A stretch of 64,000 bases of DNA from Flectonema sp. DT1601 (taxonomy: Eukaryota): contig OZ025793.1 in NCBI GenBank assembly GCA_964019425.1, positions 744,001-808,000 of the forward strand, in the 5' to 3' direction. Made by a program: the position numbers and the translations under genes. Shown one piece after another: positions 11,501 through 21,591 of the stretch. A model generated the notes under the pieces. The model was not told where the DNA came from, searched no databases, and was given only the letters and a program-made list of their open reading frames with translations. How positions within the stretch are numbered: position 1 is the first letter of the stretch; every line of letters starts with the position of its first letter.

Positions 11501-11844
11501 GCGCTTTCAACAAGAAGCAACTTCCCGGAGTTGTAGCCATGCACGAAGAGTGGGAGATGCAGAGAGGAGCTGCAGATGATGATGAAACTGCGGTAGAAGA
11601 AGAGAAGAGCAAGAAGGAAGATGAGAGCAGCAAGGGTTTTCTTCCTATCTTGATAACAGCTGTGTCGGTGGTTGCCGGATGTGTGTTGGTGGCTGTTGCT
11701 ACCGTGTTCTACAGACGGTCGAAGGCGGCTGACGATTTCGCTGCTAGTCACCAAGGTATCGACATGACCTCTCTGACAACGATGAGCCATCCTGCGGTCA
11801 ACAACGAGGAGAAGAAAGACTTCGTTTCTGAGTTGCGCATTTGA
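8512..11844 (+). CDS. GH18-like/mucin type-I membrane protein (copy 3)
   Basis: Identical translation to 3895..7227, +4617 bp. Confidence 0.85.
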   Translation: MIKEGIPLLLLSLARGADCFQNPTSAAYVENWKTCPTADQTDGFKTLLISSAVTYDGSPGMNSCNTQCEIGSPVPVCDNQANAMLVSQWQSDGKKVILEFGDGGMDGSGSQRNGGGSSTTGNDCWEYCFGKEGFVAKQLIDIVLNQGFDGIDVDFNYQSSDPRKNAKGQFFLHGLTQKLLQQLPADKELSHGMLAKPFPAPTNPTTPSGPSINRWRRPPSRRTPPSRRTRPGKPGCKPTPPPCTPRPPYTPRPPYTPPPQPPKPTAVPTSVPTAVPTSVPIVPTSVPTAVPTSVPIVPTSVPTAVPTSVPIVPTSVPTAVPTSVPIVPTSVPTAVPTSVPIVPTSVPTAVPTSVPIVPTSVPTAVPTAVPTSVPIVPTAVPTVPTPQPEGETPTPQPSQPTPTPPGQSTPTPPGQPTPTPPGQSTPTPPGQPTPTPPGQSTPTPPGQSTPTPPGQPTPTPPGQSTPTPPGQPTPTPPGQPTPTPQPEDGSQPTPTPQPEGETPTPPGQPTPQPEDGSQPTPTPQPEGESPTPQPEEGGGPTPQPEGESPTPQPEEGGGPTPQPEGESPTPQPEEGGGPTPQPEGESPTPQPEEGGGPTPQPEGESPTPQPEEGGGPTPQPEGEEGGGPTPQPEGEEGGGPTPQPEGEEGGGPTPQPEGEEGGGPTPQPEGEEGGGPTPQPEGEEGGGPTPQPEGEEGGGPTPQPEGEEGGGPTPQPEGEEGGESPTPQPEGEEGGGEPTPQPDEEGEEGGPTPQPEEGGEGPGEGGEGPFPGEGGEGEQINACGETISEWGSCIAAPHCCSDGLKCFQRSAGSARCAKACEGEACREFGSSEPPVSGGELGEKAPVCGNCESGKKGGVYCTSRGKGAKNTCSAIPKSGTCPAGKTKCFGSASEASRARKLVRLVLRRGIDSFAKTQFGNMLQGLFNPEVQISFKFICPSSACPQGSCGGASVGDSSTCLKLDGTDSRRAAALENDGKEEGSVVAFEIEGGSAVGLVRAFNKKQLPGVVAMHEEWEMQRGAADDDETAVEEEKSKKEDESSKGFLPILITAVSVVAGCVLVAVATVFYRRSKAADDFAASHQGIDMTSLTTMSHPAVNNEEKKDFVSELRI

Positions 11845-13128
11845 GCAAAGCGGGACTCTAATAAAATAACTAGCAGTTTTTGAAGATGATGCGACTTTCA
11901 GGTGAGAATTCGCTAGAAAATAGAGTTCCCTTTGTTGGACAATTCCTTTTTCAACGAGTATCTTCATGCAATCAAATCAAGAAAAAAAAGAAGAAAAAAA
12001 AAAGAATGTTTTATATAAAATGATGTGTTTTAATTATGATTTCCTCTCCAGTATTATATTACTAGCGGATTGCAGAAGGCCCGCTTGGCTCATTTTGCTT
12101 CCTCTTTCGTTAATCCCTTTATAAAATTATATACCCTGAAAAAAACAGGGGAGGAATATTAGCCTGCAAGGTTTTATTTCTCAAACTCACTTCCTCACTT
12201 CCTCACCCCCTCTTACTGATGTATTGCTCTGTTAGGGTGACCGACGATCACCATGCAACCCTTTTAGTTAAATGGAAAAAGGGGAGGCCTGTCAAGCTTA
12301 ATTTGTTCCCTTGCAAGGCCACTCACCCACTCAATCTTACTGACTGTTGGGGTGATCGACGATCACTTGTTTGCCTGTCCCACTATTGTGTTGGTGACGT
12401 AGTGCTTCAAAGTGACGCACCTTTTTAATTTTCTTTTCAATCACCGTGCACCCAACTGCACGATGGTGCCTCACTCTACACCACTTTACCCAATATATCG
12501 ATGGTCGATGCCTAACATACCAATGCGCTCTAACTGATGATGGTAACTTAATTGACTTTCGGGTTGGGAATGCAACGGTTGAAGACATTCTGGCTCCGAT
12601 ATCCTTTTTGACGGTGCCTGCTAATAACATTAGCTAACACTCTGTCTTCTTATTCTTATTCTTATTCTAATTCTTAGATGGCTAATCATTAGCTGCTACG
12701 TTGCAACTTATTTTTATTTCTTTATCAGGGTATCGTTAAAAGTATGCGAGAGAGGAGGAGAAATGATTTTAACTTTTTTCAAAACTAGTTTTTCGATTGG
12801 GGAAGAAAAAAAAAAAAAAAAAAACGGAACTCTAAATGGAGACTCTGAAAGCGAAACATACATATCAGAGATAACCTAAGCCGGAGTTGAGAAGGTCGTC
12901 AACGGAAGGAATGAAAGTAATGGAAAGTTTGTACCAGTACGGCAGCAGATCTGGTTTCTGGAGACTACGTTCATTTATTTAAAACTACTAAAACACTTTT
13001 GACAGTATTTGCTGTCACTGTATTCGATACTTACATTACGATATGTTGATTGGAATATTATTGGTGAATTCCCTTGTTGCTTTCCCTTATTATTTTCACT
13101 AAACAGTTTGCTTCTTAAAACACGAAAC

Positions 13129-16100
13129 ATGATTAAGGAAGGAATTCCACTGTTGCTGCTGTCACTCGCTCGTGGAGCTGATTGTTTTCAGAACCCCACC
13201 AGTGCTGCGTATGTCGAGAACTGGAAAACCTGCCCGACTGCTGATCAGACCGACGGGTTCAAGACGCTGTTGATCTCCTCTGCGGTAACTTATGACGGAT
13301 CACCCGGTATGAACAGCTGTAACACTCAATGTGAGATCGGGAGTCCGGTTCCGGTTTGCGACAACCAAGCAAACGCAATGCTGGTATCGCAGTGGCAGTC
13401 AGATGGAAAGAAAGTCATCTTGGAGTTCGGTGATGGCGGAATGGACGGTTCCGGTTCGCAACGGAACGGTGGCGGCAGCAGCACCACTGGCAACGACTGC
13501 TGGGAATATTGTTTTGGAAAGGAAGGGTTTGTAGCCAAGCAACTTATTGATATCGTACTCAATCAGGGATTTGATGGAATTGACGTCGACTTCAATTACC
13601 AGTCGTCGGATCCCCGAAAAAATGCGAAGGGACAGTTTTTCCTGCACGGCCTGACGCAGAAGCTTCTGCAACAGCTTCCTGCAGACAAGGAGCTCTCACA
13701 CGGCATGTTGGCGAAGCCGTTCCCTGCACCGACCAATCCGACGACACCGTCTGGGCCTTCGATTAATCGTTGGAGAAGACCTCCTTCACGGAGAACCCCT
13801 CCTTCACGGAGAACCCGACCTGGTAAGCCCGGCTGCAAGCCGACTCCGCCGCCATGCACACCTCGCCCGCCATACACACCTCGCCCGCCATACACACCAC
13901 CACCTCAGCCTCCAAAGCCAACAGCTGTGCCGACATCCGTACCAACAGCTGTGCCGACATCTGTGCCAATTGTACCGACATCCGTGCCAACAGCTGTACC
14001 AACTTCTGTGCCAATTGTACCGACATCCGTACCGACAGCTGTTCCAACTTCTGTGCCAATTGTACCGACATCCGTACCGACAGCTGTTCCAACTTCTGTG
14101 CCAATTGTACCGACATCCGTACCGACAGCTGTGCCAACATCCGTACCAATTGTACCGACATCCGTGCCAACAGCTGTACCAACATCTGTGCCAATTGTAC
14201 CGACATCCGTGCCAACAGCTGTGCCAACAGCTGTGCCAACATCTGTGCCAATTGTACCAACAGCTGTGCCAACTGTACCAACACCGCAGCCGGAAGGAGA
14301 AACGCCAACTCCACAACCCAGCCAGCCAACGCCAACTCCACCAGGCCAATCAACGCCAACTCCACCCGGCCAGCCGACGCCAACTCCACCTGGGCAGTCA
14401 ACGCCAACTCCACCCGGCCAGCCAACGCCAACTCCACCAGGCCAATCAACGCCAACTCCACCAGGCCAATCAACGCCAACTCCACCCGGCCAGCCAACTC
14501 CAACTCCACCCGGCCAGTCAACACCAACTCCACCCGGCCAGCCAACTCCAACTCCACCCGGCCAGCCAACGCCAACTCCACAACCTGAAGATGGCAGTCA
14601 GCCAACGCCAACACCGCAGCCAGAAGGAGAAACGCCAACTCCACCCGGCCAGCCAACACCACAACCTGAAGATGGCAGCCAGCCAACGCCAACACCGCAG
14701 CCGGAAGGAGAATCACCAACACCGCAGCCTGAAGAAGGAGGTGGACCAACTCCCCAGCCAGAAGGCGAATCACCAACACCGCAACCTGAAGAAGGAGGTG
14801 GGCCAACTCCCCAGCCAGAAGGTGAATCACCAACACCGCAGCCTGAAGAAGGAGGTGGGCCAACTCCCCAGCCAGAAGGTGAATCACCAACACCGCAGCC
14901 TGAAGAAGGAGGTGGGCCAACTCCCCAGCCAGAAGGCGAATCACCAACTCCGCAACCCGAAGAAGGAGGTGGGCCAACTCCACAACCTGAAGGAGAAGAA
15001 GGTGGCGGACCTACTCCACAACCTGAAGGAGAAGAAGGTGGCGGACCTACTCCACAACCTGAAGGAGAAGAAGGTGGCGGACCAACTCCACAACCTGAAG
15101 GAGAAGAAGGTGGCGGACCAACTCCACAACCTGAAGGAGAAGAAGGTGGCGGACCAACTCCACAACCTGAAGGAGAAGAAGGTGGCGGACCGACTCCACA
15201 ACCTGAAGGAGAAGAAGGTGGCGGACCGACTCCACAACCTGAAGGAGAAGAAGGTGGCGGACCAACTCCACAACCTGAAGGAGAAGAGGGTGGTGAATCA
15301 CCAACACCGCAGCCTGAAGGAGAAGAAGGTGGCGGCGAACCTACCCCCCAACCTGATGAAGAAGGCGAAGAAGGTGGACCGACTCCGCAACCAGAAGAAG
15401 GAGGGGAAGGACCAGGAGAAGGAGGGGAAGGACCATTTCCGGGAGAAGGGGGCGAAGGAGAACAAATCAACGCCTGCGGTGAGACTATCTCGGAGTGGGG
15501 AAGTTGCATTGCCGCACCGCACTGCTGCTCTGACGGTCTGAAGTGTTTTCAGAGAAGCGCGGGATCGGCTAGATGTGCAAAAGCTTGTGAAGGCGAGGCT
15601 TGCAGGGAATTCGGAAGTAGCGAGCCTCCAGTGTCGGGGGGAGAGCTGGGGGAGAAGGCACCTGTTTGCGGAAATTGCGAAAGCGGGAAGAAGGGAGGTG
15701 TGTACTGTACGAGTAGGGGAAAGGGTGCAAAGAACACGTGCAGTGCGATCCCGAAGTCGGGTACCTGTCCTGCTGGGAAGACGAAATGCTTTGGTAGTGC
15801 GAGCGAGGCGTCTAGAGCGAGAAAGTTGGTGCGGTTGGTGTTGAGAAGGGGAATTGATTCCTTTGCGAAGACGCAATTCGGAAACATGCTGCAGGGGTTA
15901 TTTAATCCTGAGGTTCAGATATCGTTCAAATTCATCTGCCCGAGCAGCGCCTGTCCACAAGGGAGCTGTGGTGGTGCTTCGGTTGGAGATTCTTCGACGT
16001 GCTTGAAGCTTGACGGCACGGATTCGAGGAGGGCTGCTGCTCTGGAAAACGATGGGAAGGAGGAAGGAAGTGTTGTGGCTTTTGAAATCGAAGGGGGAAG

Positions 16101-16461
16101 CGCTGTGGGACTGGTGCGCGCTTTCAACAAGAAGCAACTTCCCGGAGTTGTAGCCATGCACGAAGAGTGGGAGATGCAGAGAGGAGCTGCAGATGATGAT
16201 GAAACTGCGGTAGAAGAAGAGAAGAGCAAGAAGGAAGATGAGAGCAGCAAGGGTTTTCTTCCTATCTTGATAACAGCTGTGTCGGTGGTTGCCGGATGTG
16301 TGTTGGTGGCTGTTGCTACCGTGTTCTACAGACGGTCGAAGGCGGCTGACGATTTCGCTGCTAGTCACCAAGGTATCGACATGACCTCTCTGACAACGAT
16401 GAGCCATCCTGCGGTCAACAACGAGGAGAAGAAAGACTTCGTTTCTGAGTTGCGCATTTGA
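13129..16461 (+). CDS. GH18-like/mucin type-I membrane protein (copy 4, last in array)
   Basis: Identical translation to 3895..7227, +9234 bp. Confidence 0.85.
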   Translation: MIKEGIPLLLLSLARGADCFQNPTSAAYVENWKTCPTADQTDGFKTLLISSAVTYDGSPGMNSCNTQCEIGSPVPVCDNQANAMLVSQWQSDGKKVILEFGDGGMDGSGSQRNGGGSSTTGNDCWEYCFGKEGFVAKQLIDIVLNQGFDGIDVDFNYQSSDPRKNAKGQFFLHGLTQKLLQQLPADKELSHGMLAKPFPAPTNPTTPSGPSINRWRRPPSRRTPPSRRTRPGKPGCKPTPPPCTPRPPYTPRPPYTPPPQPPKPTAVPTSVPTAVPTSVPIVPTSVPTAVPTSVPIVPTSVPTAVPTSVPIVPTSVPTAVPTSVPIVPTSVPTAVPTSVPIVPTSVPTAVPTSVPIVPTSVPTAVPTAVPTSVPIVPTAVPTVPTPQPEGETPTPQPSQPTPTPPGQSTPTPPGQPTPTPPGQSTPTPPGQPTPTPPGQSTPTPPGQSTPTPPGQPTPTPPGQSTPTPPGQPTPTPPGQPTPTPQPEDGSQPTPTPQPEGETPTPPGQPTPQPEDGSQPTPTPQPEGESPTPQPEEGGGPTPQPEGESPTPQPEEGGGPTPQPEGESPTPQPEEGGGPTPQPEGESPTPQPEEGGGPTPQPEGESPTPQPEEGGGPTPQPEGEEGGGPTPQPEGEEGGGPTPQPEGEEGGGPTPQPEGEEGGGPTPQPEGEEGGGPTPQPEGEEGGGPTPQPEGEEGGGPTPQPEGEEGGGPTPQPEGEEGGESPTPQPEGEEGGGEPTPQPDEEGEEGGPTPQPEEGGEGPGEGGEGPFPGEGGEGEQINACGETISEWGSCIAAPHCCSDGLKCFQRSAGSARCAKACEGEACREFGSSEPPVSGGELGEKAPVCGNCESGKKGGVYCTSRGKGAKNTCSAIPKSGTCPAGKTKCFGSASEASRARKLVRLVLRRGIDSFAKTQFGNMLQGLFNPEVQISFKFICPSSACPQGSCGGASVGDSSTCLKLDGTDSRRAAALENDGKEEGSVVAFEIEGGSAVGLVRAFNKKQLPGVVAMHEEWEMQRGAADDDETAVEEEKSKKEDESSKGFLPILITAVSVVAGCVLVAVATVFYRRSKAADDFAASHQGIDMTSLTTMSHPAVNNEEKKDFVSELRI

Positions 16462-17898
16462 GCAAAGCGGGACTCTAATAAAATAACTAGCAGTTTTTGA
16501 AGATGATGCGACTTTCAGGTTAGAATTCGCTAGAAAATAGAGTTCCCTTTGTTGGACAATTCCTTTTTCAACGAGTATCTTCATGCAATCAAATCAAGAA
16601 AAAAAAGAAGAAAAAAAAAAGAATGTTTTATATAAAATGATGTGTTTTAATTATGATTTCCTCTCCAGTATTATATTACTAGCGGATTGCAGAAGGCCCG
16701 CTTGGCTCATTTTGCTTCCTCTTTCGTTAATCCCTTTATAAAATTATATACCCTGAAAAAAACAGGGGAGGAATATTAGCCTGCAAGATTTTATTTCTCA
16801 AACTCACTCCTCACTTCCTCACCCCCTCTTACTGATGTATTGCTCTGTTAGGGTGACCGACGATCACCATGCAACCCTTTTAGTTAAATGGAAAAAGGGG
16901 AGGCCTGTCAAGCTTAATTTGTTCCCTTGCAAGGCCACTCACTCACTCGATCTTACTGACTGTTGGGGTGATCGACGATCATTTGTTTGCCTGTCCCACT
17001 ATTGTGTTGGTGACGTAGTGCTTCAAAGTGACACACCTTTTCAATTTTCTTTTCAATCACCGTGCACCCAACTGCACGATGGTCCTCACTCTACACCACT
17101 TTACCCAATACCAACACTCAGAGGACGGACAGTATTTACTGAAAGAACAGATCCCCTCTTATTCCTCTCCCTTTCAATATTGTTATTTGAAAGTCTTATT
17201 CTGTGAAGCCAATGTTTGCACTCTTATTTTTTTAAACAGAATTACACTAATGATTATTTTTTGATTACCAAGTTTATTTAATTTTCTTTGTTTCAGCAGC
17301 ATTTATGGAACGAGAGCATAGATGCCGAATTCGTTCGTTTTTGACTTATTTAGAAGATGGGATCTCATTGGATTGTTTGACCATGGAGATGTATGTATTT
17401 TTATCTTGTCTTTTTTTTTAAATACACTTGTCAAAAGAGATTTTATTTACACAGCTACAAAAAAACAGATTGCGGTAACAACGAAGGTACGAAACGCGAC
17501 AGTTGATAGGTCGGAAATTAAGTCTCCGAAACCGTTGGATTCGATGCTGATACCTCCTTTGCACAAGGGAAAGAAAAAGATTAATTTGCAGAAATGAGTC
17601 ATTACTGCTACTCGTTTGCTTTATTCCGATACGTTTTCCAAGTCGCAAAGATTTCTTTTACAATACTAGAGCGATACAAAAACTCCAGCTCCGCATTACA
17701 CGAGCCTCGTTCGCTTGGACAAAACAGGTCCTCAGATGTGGTCTGTGTTCGTATTTATTTCTTTTTTTATACAGCATGCCGAAATCCAATGATATGATAA
17801 CTTTCTATTTTAGTTAAGAAACAGGTGAGTAATTCCATAATACTTCCTTTCTCCTGTGAGCAGTACCCTAATTATGAGATCTCGATTTCAATAGTAAA

Positions 17899-19653
17899 AT
17901 GGATTTTGTAATAAGTTGCAATGGATTGAGAGAACTGAACGGTGCGTATTGCAGAAACGGAGCAGACGTATGGAAAGGTATGCAGTTAGGAGGGTGGAAA
18001 CTTCATAAAAGTGATGGGAGGTGGATGGTAACAAATCAGAGTCGGACTATTGCAGTACGCAGTTCAGTTGAAGAAAGTGATGGCATTCCAGAATTGGTTA
18101 CAACTTGGGAGAGGTTTGATGATGTTCGGTACTTGTGGACCAGTACGGTTGTTAGAATTCAACAAATTGAAAAATGTGTTCAAATATCTGTTCAAAATAT
18201 CAACAGCCCCATTTCATCAACTTACCAACAAGTTGGATATCACAATGGAATGCCTCAATACACTTCAACATCTAACAGCTGCGTTCTATATTACGCGAGG
18301 GGGAGCTACAACAGTGTTAGCTGTTGGGCAGTATCGCTTCACCAAGAATCGGGTCCTAACTGTAAAGTTAGAGAAATGGGATTGCTAAAGTCAAATGAAA
18401 CAGCTGAGATACCAACCTCACCAGCTCTTAAATGGTACCTCCCCGACCTTCACAGAAAGCAGTGGATCGAATCCGAGGTGAGCGTTTCATTAGTTGACGC
18501 AGACTTTGGATCTTCAGCCACTCTGTGGGAACACCTTCAAAGAATGTCAGAACAAATCCACTCATTGCAGAGACAGCAAATCGACGTCTTGTGGCTACAT
18601 GCTCCTGAGAAGCTTTCTGTTTCTATTCCATCAATGAAAGCTCTTACTGATATTTATTCAGTTGAAACTGGTCCGGACGGAGAACACGAATCTCGAAACC
18701 GACTTCCGATGTGGCAAAGCAAATCAAATGCAATTTATTGTACTGAAGATGGGCGTTGGGCAATCACAACAAATAAATATTCAGAACGGGATCGGGCGGT
18801 GCTGATAGCGACAGATCCTCATGGAGGTAAGACACCGTATGAATCACACAAGTGGATAGATGCTAATGGTGTTGAACAAGAAGTTTTTATTACAATGACT
18901 GACGCTATATCACCATCAAGAGATGCTTCTTCATTTCAGATTGATATTTTGGATAGTGACTACGGTACACAATTACCAATCGTAACGTGGAATGCGAATT
19001 CAGAACAAGCCCGTTGCAGACTACACGTCTTTAGCGAACAACACATGTCTTCTGTTCCAGATACTGAGACTTTAATAAATGGTATCCTAAACCAATCGAT
19101 TGACCTCGATGATATTATTATTCAACTCTGTAATGAACACAGAGTATCACCGCACGCATGGATTGGTGTGGAATCAGCTGCTGTTGCAGAACACGTTCTA
19201 AAAGCTCTTTTATCAAAAGCTGAACATCAAAATATATTCATCGACAGGTCTGAAATTGCGACAGCTGTTGACCGACTTCTAGCTGGCACCACGACAATGA
19301 GAGATGCTGTAAGAGAGATTTGTATTCGTTATGGAATGCCTATTGATCCATGGACTGGTGACTTCCCATCAGGTATTAGATTGCCTTCAGTGAATATGAT
19401 GAGCAGCAACAACAACTCGGGTATTGTTCCTCCAGCAGCTGATGAGGTAGCTGACTTCATGGCATCTGAACTCGGAATGACACAACAAGAAGTTTATAAT
19501 CATATTCGTTCTCCTCCACAAACAAAAACCTTCTCCTCTCACAACCATCAATTTGGTCATCAAAACAGATCAGTTTCTCCAACACCTCTGCCGTGTACTT
19601 CATTTATTCGTTCACCGGTACCGATGTCTCGTTTTATATCACCGTCTCAATAA
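17899..19653 (+). CDS. Hypothetical protein, 584 aa, with ~3 diverged Trp-containing repeats and a low-complexity Ser/Pro C-terminus
   Basis: Long ATG-initiated ORF in the same orientation as its neighbours. Recurring pattern Y...(N)G.P.(W/Y)...(L/I)Y....W.(V/I)....P....W. Confidence 0.7.
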   Translation: MDFVISCNGLRELNGAYCRNGADVWKGMQLGGWKLHKSDGRWMVTNQSRTIAVRSSVEESDGIPELVTTWERFDDVRYLWTSTVVRIQQIEKCVQISVQNINSPISSTYQQVGYHNGMPQYTSTSNSCVLYYARGSYNSVSCWAVSLHQESGPNCKVREMGLLKSNETAEIPTSPALKWYLPDLHRKQWIESEVSVSLVDADFGSSATLWEHLQRMSEQIHSLQRQQIDVLWLHAPEKLSVSIPSMKALTDIYSVETGPDGEHESRNRLPMWQSKSNAIYCTEDGRWAITTNKYSERDRAVLIATDPHGGKTPYESHKWIDANGVEQEVFITMTDAISPSRDASSFQIDILDSDYGTQLPIVTWNANSEQARCRLHVFSEQHMSSVPDTETLINGILNQSIDLDDIIIQLCNEHRVSPHAWIGVESAAVAEHVLKALLSKAEHQNIFIDRSEIATAVDRLLAGTTTMRDAVREICIRYGMPIDPWTGDFPSGIRLPSVNMMSSNNNSGIVPPAADEVADFMASELGMTQQEVYNHIRSPPQTKTFSSHNHQFGHQNRSVSPTPLPCTSFIRSPVPMSRFISPSQ

Positions 19654-20288
19654 CTTTACATAATCAAAAGTGATGTTGTTTCTGTGCAGGTACAGTAGGG
19701 ATGATTTCTGTAGCTCTGGTATTGAAGGCCTTCAGTCATTTAGGGACTGCGAGGTTTTGATATTTCTGTTGTCTGATTTGTTTAGTTTTTTTGGTCAGCT
19801 GCTAAAAAATAACAATTGTGAATGCAAAATTAGATTTTCCTTTTCCTTTTTTTTTTTTTTTTTTTTTTTATTCTCTCGACGAAGTTGGAGAAGAAACTAT
19901 TCAAGATTAGAATCCAGTCTTATTATGTCATCAGTCATTACTGTATGACTCTGCGATTAATGAAATATAAGGCTAATCTGAATGGTTCTTTTTTTTTTTT
20001 TTTGGCGTTTTGCTTTATCTTGTATTTTGTTGTTGTTTTTTGTTTGTCTGATCCGATTATTTTAAATGCAAATAACCTATTGTTACCCGACGTTGCTTTG
20101 TATCTCAAACCTGGTACTGATCTGTTTGTAAAAACCCAACAAGTCTTCGCTGTTTAGATACCAGTGAGTCCGTTTGATGTGTTTTTTTTCTTTCTAATTC
20201 TTCAGAGTAATATTTATTTTTCCTCCCTCAGGTGGAAGGTGGGAGCCCAGCGGCTGTTTGAGGTCGGGGACCTTAAGGCCGTGAGAAC

Positions 20289-21268
20289 ATGTCGGGAATG
20301 AGTAAAACATCGAAGATGTACGCGTACGTCGATTCAATCATCAAATGCACTATTCAGGTTTGTTTTTGTAACTCATCAGGAGCTTCCTTTCTTTAACACT
20401 GTCTGCTCGCGTGGACGGTGGGTTTAGGTAGTCATTTGTTCCAGGTTATTCTACGTCTCTTATCGTCTGTGAGAGTCTCACGGTTGCTGGTAGCGATATA
20501 ACTGTTACTGTGAGCTTTTACTGGCTTTTGGCTTCCTAGGCTTCGTAAATAAATAAATAAATAACATATCAACAACACCAACACCAACACTAACAGGATG
20601 GAAGAATTCTAAGAGGAGTGTTCCTCGCCTATGACAGACATATGAACCTAGTCCTAGCTGATACTGAGGAAATCCGTCTTATACCTAGTGAGACAGCAGG
20701 GAAGAAAGAAAAGGAAGACATCAGAAATCTGGGATTAGTATGTTCCGTCGACTATTTTTTATAATATCAACGTTTAGCACAAAAACTAATAAACAAAACA
20801 GGTTCTTCTCAGAGGTGGTTCAGTCCTCACGATAACAATCGTTGGTAAGGCTCCGAATGTGTTAGGTATGTGTTCTAAATATTTCTTAAATACAAAAATA
20901 GTAATCAAAAGGAAGTACTTCTAATCAAAACAGAGCCACAAAAGTCGAGACCAGCTATGCCACTCCCACCACCAGGAATGTTTTTACCTGGAATGTTACC
21001 AATGCCGAAGGGAATGACTTTCCCTCCTGGAGTACCACCACCGCCACCACCTGGAATGTACGCAGCGATGTACGGAAAGGGAGGGAAAGGTGTACCTCCT
21101 ATGCCGCCTGGAATGATACCACCACCGGGTATGATCCCACCTGGTGGAAAGGGATTCCCACCAATGGGTTTCCCACCACCTCCACCTGGATATGGGGGTC
21201 CTTTTATGCCATATGGAGGGAAAGGTGGAAAGGCAGGTCCTCCGGCAGGTGCTCCACCTTCTCGATGA
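20289..21268 (+). CDS. SmB: Small nuclear ribonucleoprotein SmB/B', join(20289..20357,20597..20737,20802..20865,20934..21268), 202 aa
   Basis: Spliced translation MSGMSKTSKMYAYVDSIIKCTIQ|DGRILRGVFLAYDRHMNLVLADTEEIR...RNLGL|VLLRGGSVLTITIVG gives Sm1 and Sm2 motifs of SmB type plus a Pro-rich PPGM tail. Three GT-AG introns keep the frame. Confidence 0.92.
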
Positions 21269-21591
21269 TTACGCTACGATTGCGACTCTTAGGAATCTAG
21301 AGACCTGTCGCAACAGCTGATGAGCGCGCAAGTACGGACCAGCCCGTTGTTTGACGGTCAAAGTAAATCGACACGTCACTGTCAAAGTGAAAGTTATCAA
21401 ATCACCTGCAGGTGAGCAACGACTACCAGTTCGAATACCAAAAACCAAATGAGAGCATCTCAAAGTTATAATAAGAAGTGTGTCCCTTCGTATGGAAGGG
21501 ATGAGTGTAACTGGCGCCTTGTTAATTGATTTTGTTTACTAGTCAAATATTATTCTATTTTTTTCAGAATGCTCCCACTAAGAACACACAG

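Larger units (their letters stand above)
1..17110 (+). repeat. Head-to-tail tandem gene array, 4617-bp unit
   Basis: All ORFs recur with 4617-bp period. Similarity to the unit ends after ...tttacccaata at ~17110. Confidence 0.95.

Noticed and set aside
3..16584. Long alternative-frame and antisense ORFs over the mucin genes (244, 523, 406, 303, 228 aa etc.)
   Set aside because: Shadows of stop-poor coding repeats, with no independent domain signal.
19670..20157. Phe-rich short ORFs downstream of the hypothetical gene (similar ones at 28780-29602)
   Set aside because: They derive from poly-T intergenic or UTR tracts.
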